Source: a virus (taxonomy: Duplodnaviria > Caudoviricetes). From it: a stretch of DNA of 36,171 nt. The notes below the pieces were generated by a model. The model had not been told where the DNA came from, did no database searches, and saw only the letters and a program-made list of their open reading frames with translations. This document shows positions 20,101 through 26,725 of the stretch, one piece after another (position 1 is the stretch's first letter; every line of letters starts with the position of its first letter). The DNA is taken from positions 1-36,171 of IMG/VR virus record IMGVR_UViG_3300037424_000401. The stretch is one strand, 5' to 3'. The position numbers were made by a program, and so were the translations under genes.

Positions 20101-20804
20101 ATGACCACATCTCCACCAGCATCGGCTGAGCTTCTCTTAATCCACCCTGTGAATCCGAATAGTATGTTGCCAGTCTGAAACTGTGTGCTTGAGCTGGAAA
20201 GATAGGAACCGGAATCGAAGACAAGAGCATTGTCTATAACCCCAGCCTCTACAGTAGAGCCTCCGTTATCCGTCAGATCGAGTCCACCAAACGCATCTGG
20301 AGTTGTTCCTGATACGCTGTCCAACCGCCAATGCGCCCTAGCTCCAGTGGCATCGAATGTTCCATCGAAGTACACATACGGATAGCCAACAAATGGATAA
20401 AAGATCGGGCATCCGTTGTAAGATCCGCTTGGAAAATCCCCAATGTAAACCGGGCAGTACGGACCACTGGCTGGAGGGAAAACAGAGAACCCCGGAATTT
20501 GATACGATGGTGCAAAGTAAGGATAACCGTATCCTGACTGATCTCCTCCACCTGAAGAATGACCTACATAGCTATCGTAGAAACCAAGACGGTCTACCAG
20601 CTGATCGTGAAGGTCCTGGTTATTGTATGGCTCATCATCAGCGAACAGCCTTCTCCAGCCACCAGCTCTCTGACGATTTCTGGTAGCCCTTGTAGTGGCG
20701 TTCTTGACCAGCCTCCAATTCCCAAATCCGACTTCATCCGGAGAGCTTAACGTGTCGAAGACCCCGGTCATGGGCCTCAGCGTGATAGTCTTGAAGTCTG
20801 GCAT
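17151..20804 (-). CDS. Tail nozzle/stabilisation-like protein with inserted LamG domain, putative Ig (He_PIG-like) domain and C-terminal LamG-like domain
   Basis: Beta-propeller-like core (VIWSDLEDPNSY, ILAAAPLGNWLVLYTDKSI). LamG signature AHWRLD...WVFFACWHD...GSIDSVTFW at about 19690-20360. Ig signature YSYQLIATGGTAPYHW..VSGGLPDGLSLSQSGIISGTPT. Final domain LWLKAD...FELIVFSRILT...YLNVKW. Confidence 0.7.
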   Translation of the reverse strand: MPDFKTITLRPMTGVFDTLSSPDEVGFGNWRLVKNATTRATRNRQRAGGWRRLFADDEPYNNQDLHDQLVDRLGFYDSYVGHSSGGGDQSGYGYPYFAPSYQIPGFSVFPPASGPYCPVYIGDFPSGSYNGCPIFYPFVGYPYVYFDGTFDATGARAHWRLDSVSGTTPDAFGGLDLTDNGGSTVEAGVIDNALVFDSGSYLSSSSTQFQTGNILFGFTGWIKRSSADAGGDVVIGKWDGAGAREYRLDISGGKLRLSVSFDGTTLTDSVIDNLTLDLGDWVFFACWHDPAANTINIRTNGNTTVTSGYPFGVFAAGAGDFVIGRNQETPASTLRGSIDSVTFWKNEFPTESELDAMYNSSAGVDYPFTSQGACDTGSPFYYFHSSLYTSCPVAYDPALVAGYPYGYPFNTYYPSFAYDYVFCGDYLHLRQGCRESITMLNEIVVSDARKLIAATMSRVYELNQSSGSWRILVDGLGNAGYTADQCTCNAIRGVSSTMGSYLLFTNNIDPPMIYLLGDESSGCSLNAMSAITDLDALGISRAGGVIVWRGFAIWYDITEGGDRQSGTVIWSDLEDPNSYIESDTSFAGRATIAVGETILAAAPLGNWLVLYTDKSIIRVTLVGGKDVFNFERIYTGGNALKYKFSLVNGGDFHLYVGESDIYVFTQFDTRPITVPWITRAAGFMFNGIAEDDATYLPINKEACDLVTGGWSEEKHEAFISWPTGENICPDVTLRLNMKFGAADLVDHGFTAFLTFRKDERPTVGEWLEDMGICARGTQVAVGFKDGHVCDGDQDAVVDPPLYLRNPTEDPDLPIHADSLCAALGTRTLDDFCRDCAVRATFIAASAEDFTLKQLEDDIYYREMLRSFQTCGEIDFGNYYGQYLGFGSENTTVSLDEWISIDQFNCGSVTVIKIDKVSVNCEVVNVTGGSIDDGVFNTVYSYQLIATGGTAPYHWVLVSGGLPDGLSLSQSGIISGTPTTFGDFSFSVKAVDVFGNSCTQNFGLFIDLNPDLWLKADAIEGLSDGQNVVTWIDSSGNGHNATIGFGSADVNPVYRTGLLNGLPGVDFQVLAGLSVNSSTYAINSPNPFTVIAVIQSTSNTVANRRAIQSGANIENWMIGPYSGTWRMYNGNFIIGPAIDLNPHLVACTQNAAGASFYLDEALIGSNVPTNWIGIVGLGNNYIGEDFLGYVFELIVFSRILTSDEIGYVSDYLNVKWGL

Positions 20805-20807
20805 TGA

Positions 20808-21428
20808 TCACGTTTTTATATGCAGATACCCAATCACGCAAGGATGGACAACATTGAACGGCGTTCCGCTTCCAGTGCTTCCGGTAATAGCGTTTGGATC
20901 TAAATTCTTCCAGACGTTATTAGCACCATCACCTTTTTCCTCGGTTCTTGATTCAGGCCCATCCCAAGTATGCGTGTGCGGAACCAACTCTGACTCCGTC
21001 ATGGTGTGAGTAGCCTCGCCTACATATTTAGTAGTGAATGCATACGAGCTTCCAACAGAAATCAGGGATCTATTCCTTCCATCAGGAAGGTTGAAAGTCG
21101 TAGTTCCATCTCCAGATCCATACAGGGTCCCAATCTTTGCAAACAGGTTGGCATAGGTAACCCGATCAACCTCACTTCCATCAGCCAGCAGCCAGCCAGT
21201 GCCAACATCAAGCGTGGCAAAATACATGTAACCACCGGTTGGCACCACGAAGGTTGCAACCTGTTCCTGAACCTCCTGTGATATCGTTCCATCAGTATTG
21301 AACATCCACGAGAACAGATCGCAGAGCAGTGACGGGACTGACATCCACTTGGTAAACTTTGTGCATAGGTCTGCATTTACCGCAGGAATGGCATCACAGA
21401 ACTGAGCTGGAGTGATTGGGTTGGGCAT
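20808..21428 (-). CDS. Phage tail collar domain protein
   Basis: PTGGYMYFA...GWLLADGSEVDRVTYANLFAKIGTLYGSGDGTTTFNLPD, plus GEATHTMTESELVPHTH and PFNVVHP...YLHIKT. Confidence 0.9.
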   Translation of the reverse strand: MPNPITPAQFCDAIPAVNADLCTKFTKWMSVPSLLCDLFSWMFNTDGTISQEVQEQVATFVVPTGGYMYFATLDVGTGWLLADGSEVDRVTYANLFAKIGTLYGSGDGTTTFNLPDGRNRSLISVGSSYAFTTKYVGEATHTMTESELVPHTHTWDGPESRTEEKGDGANNVWKNLDPNAITGSTGSGTPFNVVHPCVIGYLHIKT

Positions 21429-21430
21429 GG

Positions 21431-22279
21431 CTATGGTCCGTAAATCGGAGTACCGTACAGCGGCTTGAAGGTGCTCATAAGCGTTTCAACCGCACCGGAA
21501 CAATCCCGCTTCATCTCAGTATCCTGCTCGTCATCGTAACGATACTTTAGAGTCCTGAGTTCTATGGTGTAAGTATTGAACCAATCAGTGGCGGCAACCC
21601 TGTCCTTCTCCTTCATGGCCACTTTGTATTCCACCCTTGAGGTGACGGCTTCGGTCAGCTGCTCATCCACCGGAACAAGATCGTTGTCATTCCACTTACG
21701 GTTGATTCCCTGCCATTGAAGCAAAAGGATGTAACCACACGGAAACCTTGGAGCAGCGAACACCTTGTAGTCAGGTCCTACCGAAAAGATCCGGTCATCA
21801 TCATCAAGAGACTTGAACCGGCAATCATCCTCGGTGCCCGTGAGATAAGGGACAGCACAGGCTTGCTCACCGGCAAGAACGTAATTGCAATAGGGGCTGT
21901 CATATAGGTTGTCTGATGGAGGATCGGTTGCAGGACAAAGGCAACGCTGTCTCTCCATCCAACAGTCAAGAGCTGCCGGACTGCTTCTTTTGTAGTAGAA
22001 CTTTTTGCAATCGATGTCGGGCTTGTAGGCGAACAGTTGTGTGATCTTTCCCACTGGTCCTTCAAAAATGGAGGCATTGCAGAATTCATTGACCATCTCC
22101 TTGGTGACGAATTGAAGATTGAACGTCCGGTACCACGGAATAAGAAGCTGGATGTCCGCCAGGGCTGACGACACCCAATGACGAAACGGAATCTCCAGTT
22201 CTTCCGCCAGTGCTTCAGGAGCAACCAACGACTGGACGGTTGACCTGAAAGTTGAAAATGGAACGTATTCTATGGGCAT
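21431..22279 (-). CDS. Putative head-tail adaptor (tubular protein A position), Cys-rich
   Basis: 282 aa with 10 Cys, located between capsid and nozzle genes; function from synteny only. Confidence 0.5.
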   Translation of the reverse strand: MPIEYVPFSTFRSTVQSLVAPEALAEELEIPFRHWVSSALADIQLLIPWYRTFNLQFVTKEMVNEFCNASIFEGPVGKITQLFAYKPDIDCKKFYYKRSSPAALDCWMERQRCLCPATDPPSDNLYDSPYCNYVLAGEQACAVPYLTGTEDDCRFKSLDDDDRIFSVGPDYKVFAAPRFPCGYILLLQWQGINRKWNDNDLVPVDEQLTEAVTSRVEYKVAMKEKDRVAATDWFNTYTIELRTLKYRYDDEQDTEMKRDCSGAVETLMSTFKPLYGTPIYGP

Positions 22280-22500
22280 TACATCTTGATTAGTTTTCTC
22301 AAATACTCAGCATCGTAACAACTCGAATAACGATCTGTCTGGTTCCAGTAAGTGTTGGTATGGTTAACCTGCTCATCCGTCGTAATTACATGACTAGCCT
22401 CTCCAAGTTTAAGCCTTACCCCGAAGGCAATCTCTGGAGCCAAAACCAACGACGCAGCTATTGCTGTAATCTTGCTGAAAAATGATCTACGTGAATTCAT
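22279..22500 (-). CDS. Small protein with twin-arginine-like N-terminus
   Basis: MNSRRSFFSKITAIAASLVLAP (S-R-R-x-F plus hydrophobic stretch); ATGA and TAATG coupling. Confidence 0.7.
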   Translation of the reverse strand: MNSRRSFFSKITAIAASLVLAPEIAFGVRLKLGEASHVITTDEQVNHTNTYWNQTDRYSSCYDAEYLRKLIKM

Positions 22501-22961
22501 GCCGCCTTCGTCTTAACGTCTGATGCCCGCATGGTTGGTGGTGGCTTGATAACGAAACTGTCCGGAGAAGGAACCTCAATTGGCTCCGGCATTTCCTTGG
22601 GTGGAGAAGCAAGCCTGTGCCCATCGGTTGGAATCTGCGGCTTGGCAAACTGACCGATCTTTGGGGAAGGATTACCTACGGCCTCCACAACACGCCTTGC
22701 GTCCAACCGGAGGGCTGATATTTCCTGTCGATGCTGCGGCTTGGAGCTGGAGTTTAATAGCTTCCACTGCTCCTTTTTTTTTACTTCTTCCGCGTATTCC
22801 TCTGGAGTGATTTGGATAACTCCACCAATCCCGCGAGCCACACACTTGTCCAGCTCTGCAATGAGCATTGGATCTTCTGTCTCAAGAATATCAAACCGCA
22901 TCGGATGACCAGCGATGAAGACTGAAGATTCCGGGATTTCTTTCCTGTAGTGTCGTTGCAT
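22497..22961 (-). CDS. Hypothetical protein after the capsid gene; contains an A9 slippery run
   Basis: ATG at 22961 (MQRHYRK); globular N-half and Pro-rich C-half separated by GTA AAA AAA AAG. Confidence 0.7.
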   Translation of the reverse strand: MQRHYRKEIPESSVFIAGHPMRFDILETEDPMLIAELDKCVARGIGGVIQITPEEYAEEVKKKEQWKLLNSSSKPQHRQEISALRLDARRVVEAVGNPSPKIGQFAKPQIPTDGHRLASPPKEMPEPIEVPSPDSFVIKPPPTMRASDVKTKAA

Positions 22962-22970
22962 AAGCAATCA

Positions 22971-23010
22971 ATAACCAAAAGCCCCAGAGTTGCAAGAACA
23001 ACTCCGGGGC
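22971..23010 (-). terminator. Intrinsic terminator downstream of the major capsid gene
   Basis: Minus strand GCCCCGGAGTTG-TTCTTG-CAACTCTGGGGC (12-bp stem with one GU) then TTTTGGTTAT. Confidence 0.8.
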
Positions 23011-23038
23011 CAGTCCCGCTAGGTTAGGCTTCCAGAGA

Positions 23039-24754
23039 TTATACCTGATACAAGTCGTAAGGATACTGAGACGCAGCACCCTCTGGAATGGCATTGGCGT
23101 TGAAGTTCTCAACGATTGCGCTGGTGGCTGGACATTCCAGAACCGCAGTCCAGGTAAGCGAGTTCAAGCTGATCTCCTGCGTTGGGTTCTCCATCACGCA
23201 AGCGTAGTCCTGGTCAACCTTGGCCAGCTCCTCAATCTCACCAGTGCGGTGAACCTTGCGGTTGGACGTGATTACGCCGGGATAAATGGAGGTGAAGTCC
23301 AAGATCCACAGGAACCGGCCAGTAGAGCCAATGTTCTCAGCCACAGCCGCCGTGGCCATGTCGTCGAAGAACGGATGAGTAACGATACGGATATCCACCT
23401 GCGGGTACTGGAGCTTGTAGGTATCGTAGTTGAAACCAAGTCGGCCCATCTTGCCACTCATCACCTGCTTGGTATCAATCATGAACCTGGCCAAGCCGTC
23501 AGACCGGGTGTTGTAGTACTCAATCATGCCGCGCTGGAATTGCGAAGCAGTGAACGAATCCGTGAAGATTTCAATGGTATCGTTCGGAATACCCTGGTCA
23601 CCGCGAGCGCGCCAGATCGGATAGATCAGGTTCTCGAACAACTCAACCAGGTTTAGGACCTGATTCTGGAGATCGAACACCTGACCGCACTCAGCCAGCT
23701 GTTCGTAGATGCCGATGGCATTGGCCTTTCGACCAACACAGCGACCTTCACCTGGAGTGTAAAGACCTTGAGTCGTATTGCTCCAAGTCGTTACCTGAGC
23801 CAGTGACCGGTAAGCAGCCAGTGTTTGGTTGGTGGAAATGCGCTTGTTCCAGAAGAACTTGTTCAACCACTCCCGCTGCCACAAATCACCCAGCTGCTTG
23901 TTTCGCTGAGTTGCGTCCACATCACCAAACAACCGGAAGTACTCGTTTCCTTCCTGAAGGCGCTTGAACCAAGCTTCATAAAGCTGGTCAGTACACATCG
24001 TATAACGGTCAGTCTCCCACCAGAACGGAACGTGCTTCCGATCATTCAAGGCAGGCCGGTTATAGCACCAGCGCTCCACATCCTGAACGTTGGCAGAGCC
24101 ACGAATAGCCCAACCAGCAGACATCGGCGCGCCACCAGTGAAGCCAGAGAACGCAGCCTTTGCCACCCAACCAAGAGTGTCATTCTGCGCCGTAGCTGTA
24201 ATCAAAACGGTGGCATTACCGCCGAAAGTTGAGACCTGAGAACTGACGATCAGGAATGATCCACGCAGGGCAGTTCCAGCTGCTGATCTTCCATTAACGA
24301 ACAAGTTTGCGCCCGGCGGGAACCACTGCTCTGTGATTGGAATGGAAGCGCGGCTTCGGACGTGAATGGTATAGGTTGCGCCAGTCGCAAACAGATTAAC
24401 CACCGACCAGTACTCGTTATTGATGACGCTGTGCTGAGAGGCTAGAACAAAAGGAGCGATCTCTGAGTTGCCAGGGCCAAGAGGCTGAACAATCTTTCGA
24501 TTGCCCATCATCCTCTTGTTGGACATCAAGAAATCGAAAAGCCCGTTCTGTTTAGCCCCGCACGCCTTGATCTCGAACTGAGTTGCAAGAAGGGCGTTGA
24601 GATCACGAAAGGAACCAGCACCATCCGTGAAGATGGATGTAAGTTCGTCGGATTCAGCAGTGATAACGTCACAAAGCGTGACCGCCCCGCACGCATTGAC
24701 GTTGTTTCCAATTGCCGGAAGGCATTTTTCAAAGATATTAGCGCTGATTGCCAT
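23039..24754 (-). CDS. Putative major capsid protein
   Basis: 571 aa; follows portal and scaffold and is followed by a strong terminator. Internal beta-rich insert; C-terminal half compatible with an HK97-type fold (inference). Confidence 0.75.
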   Translation of the reverse strand: MAISANIFEKCLPAIGNNVNACGAVTLCDVITAESDELTSIFTDGAGSFRDLNALLATQFEIKACGAKQNGLFDFLMSNKRMMGNRKIVQPLGPGNSEIAPFVLASQHSVINNEYWSVVNLFATGATYTIHVRSRASIPITEQWFPPGANLFVNGRSAAGTALRGSFLIVSSQVSTFGGNATVLITATAQNDTLGWVAKAAFSGFTGGAPMSAGWAIRGSANVQDVERWCYNRPALNDRKHVPFWWETDRYTMCTDQLYEAWFKRLQEGNEYFRLFGDVDATQRNKQLGDLWQREWLNKFFWNKRISTNQTLAAYRSLAQVTTWSNTTQGLYTPGEGRCVGRKANAIGIYEQLAECGQVFDLQNQVLNLVELFENLIYPIWRARGDQGIPNDTIEIFTDSFTASQFQRGMIEYYNTRSDGLARFMIDTKQVMSGKMGRLGFNYDTYKLQYPQVDIRIVTHPFFDDMATAAVAENIGSTGRFLWILDFTSIYPGVITSNRKVHRTGEIEELAKVDQDYACVMENPTQEISLNSLTWTAVLECPATSAIVENFNANAIPEGAASQYPYDLYQV

Positions 24755-24802
24755 TTGTTCTACACCAATCCGGCGTCATTGCCGATGTATGGCGTAGAAC
24801 AA
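24755..24802 (-). promoter_or_regulatory. Long RNA hairpin ending exactly at the capsid ATG
   Basis: TTGTTCTACGCCA-TACATCGGCAATGACGCCGGAT-TGGTGTAGAACAA-ATG: 13-bp outer stem (one GU) plus inner CGGC/GCCG stem. Confidence 0.7.
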
Positions 24803-24823
24803 CTTAACTCTTTGAAAAAGAGA

Positions 24824-26383
24824 TCAACGACGAAACAGAATTGAGGCGGTTGTCTCAAGAAGCTTACTGCTGACAGCCGGTTTACCAGCCGCTTTATCAT
24901 CAACCTTTGCGCCACCACCAGAAGCTGGTGACTGTGGCTTAGTAGTTGCGTCTGGAGCGGCTTCCTTCTTGGTGTCTTCCTTTTTAGTCGCATCCGCCTT
25001 TGTTTTTCCATTACCTGAATCTTCCTTAGGCACAAAACCAAGCGACAGTGCAATTTTTTTTTGCCGTTCCTTCTCCTTTTCCACTGAAGCCTTAACCGAA
25101 GTGGCCGCGTCATTAACAATCTCCTCAATGAGATGCTCGGTAGTGAGAAACCAGTGCTTGGTTCTCTGGGCTTGCGTCATGTTTGAAAACTCAGCACGGC
25201 TAACCATGGTTCTACCGCTGCCATCATCAGCCCCAGATAACTGTGACTCCTTTTCAAGCATCACTTGATTCCATTCCATGTGTACCTGGTTTTTCGGATC
25301 AAACTTGAACCTGGACTTCGGATCATCCAGCTGAATTGCCACCTCAATCAATGGTTGCAATGATCCTATCGTTGATGCCAGCGCCTCTGCTGTGATTGGA
25401 TCTTCTTCGGAGAACTTTTCAAAGCTGCCTTTGACGATCTTCTCGTGAACGTCATCGCCAACCTTCTTGGCCAGCAACCCGGCAGCCGCAGTATAGGTTC
25501 TTTCGATGACTGGAGTGATGGAGATCCTGGCGTTCTCAACTTCCAGCTCATGGATCTTATCATCCGACTCCTTCTTGCTGCTTTTGTTTACCCTTTCAGC
25601 GACCATTTCGGTCTCGGCCATCCTAAATTCATGATCTTTCCATGGCTTCTCAAGGGAAGAGTAGAAATCGTCGTGCTCTTCGTCGTCCGGATCGAAAGTT
25701 TTGCCCTTGTTGTCCTGCTCCCAGCGGTTCGCATAGGCTTCCGCCTTCTTTACATGCTCAAGAATCACCTTAGGAGCGTCCTTGAACCTGGGATTGGACT
25801 TGGCCAGGTACTGAGCCACTTCGTACTCGTGAAGATCGTCTGATTTTAACAGATCTTCCGGTGTCTGAGTCGTAGATTGGGGCGGTTTCTGCTCTGGAAT
25901 CATCGCCTTGACCGCAGCAGTAGCCGCAGCGGCTGCCATTTTGACCGGATCTGCCACCGGTGCCGCCACCGGTGACGCCTTGTCAGTCTTCTTCGGCTTT
26001 ACAATGGTCTTGGCAGCCTCTTTTGGTGGATCTTCGACCTTTTTCTCCTCCTTAACCTCCTCCTTTTTGGCATCCTCAGGCTTTTTAGCGTCTTCTTTGG
26101 GCTTTTCATCACGAAAACCAAGAGCCTTTCCAATCAGTACAGAGAGCTTCTTATTGTCTACAGGAGGCTCTTCTGCTGGCTTTTCCTCCTTCTTAGCGTC
26201 ATCTTTTGGAACTTCCTTTGCCTTGTCCTCAGGTTTTGGAGCACCCCTTCTGCTAACCATCTGCTGAAGCTTAAGGTTGGGATCATCCTCTGGCATGATC
26301 ATCTTCGGAGCCGGTGGAATATCAGTATCTGTAGCCGGAGTAACTGGAACTTCCGGCGCAACTGGAGGTGTTTCGGCAGGCAT
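24824..26383 (-). CDS. Putative capsid scaffolding protein
   Basis: 519 aa, highly charged K/E/P-rich disordered ends, helical core, no Cys; directly upstream of the capsid gene. Confidence 0.65.
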   Translation of the reverse strand: MPAETPPVAPEVPVTPATDTDIPPAPKMIMPEDDPNLKLQQMVSRRGAPKPEDKAKEVPKDDAKKEEKPAEEPPVDNKKLSVLIGKALGFRDEKPKEDAKKPEDAKKEEVKEEKKVEDPPKEAAKTIVKPKKTDKASPVAAPVADPVKMAAAAATAAVKAMIPEQKPPQSTTQTPEDLLKSDDLHEYEVAQYLAKSNPRFKDAPKVILEHVKKAEAYANRWEQDNKGKTFDPDDEEHDDFYSSLEKPWKDHEFRMAETEMVAERVNKSSKKESDDKIHELEVENARISITPVIERTYTAAAGLLAKKVGDDVHEKIVKGSFEKFSEEDPITAEALASTIGSLQPLIEVAIQLDDPKSRFKFDPKNQVHMEWNQVMLEKESQLSGADDGSGRTMVSRAEFSNMTQAQRTKHWFLTTEHLIEEIVNDAATSVKASVEKEKERQKKIALSLGFVPKEDSGNGKTKADATKKEDTKKEAAPDATTKPQSPASGGGAKVDDKAAGKPAVSSKLLETTASILFRR

Positions 26384-26400
26384 ATTAGTCGGTGATGACG

Positions 26401-26703
26401 TTATTGGTTGTTGTGCTCAAGCTTTACTGTGAACCAGTTCTCCTCTTCCCCACTCATGTCGTCAAGGATATCCAGCACATGATTGTATCCAGCGGCCTTT
26501 GCCCTGGATGCCTTCACCTTAACTTCCGCATCCTCATTGTCTGGATATAAAGCGGCGTTCATGGCATCAACCTGACAGGTGATGCAGCTGGCTGCCACCA
26601 TCTCCTTTAGAAGAAGAAAAGCCGGTGATCCGAAAAGCTTTTCCAAATCGGCCCGCTGGGTTGGATCGACTGGAATACGCGAGTACGTGATAGTGACTGC
26701 CAT
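26401..26703 (-). CDS. Small helical protein between portal and scaffold
   Basis: 100-aa ORF filling the gap; such a gene is common at this position in podoviruses. Confidence 0.7.
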   Translation of the reverse strand: MAVTITYSRIPVDPTQRADLEKLFGSPAFLLLKEMVAASCITCQVDAMNAALYPDNEDAEVKVKASRAKAAGYNHVLDILDDMSGEEENWFTVKLEHNNQ

Positions 26704-26725
26704 AATCTAAACACCGACGGGATCG

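Noticed and set aside
24760-25128. Alternative-frame ORF reachable via the A9 run (25054-25062) in the scaffold gene
   Set aside because: The +1 frame looks like shadow sequence and stops before the capsid ATG, so no fusion results; the -1 frame closes after about 10 codons. Weaker than the site at 22774-22782.
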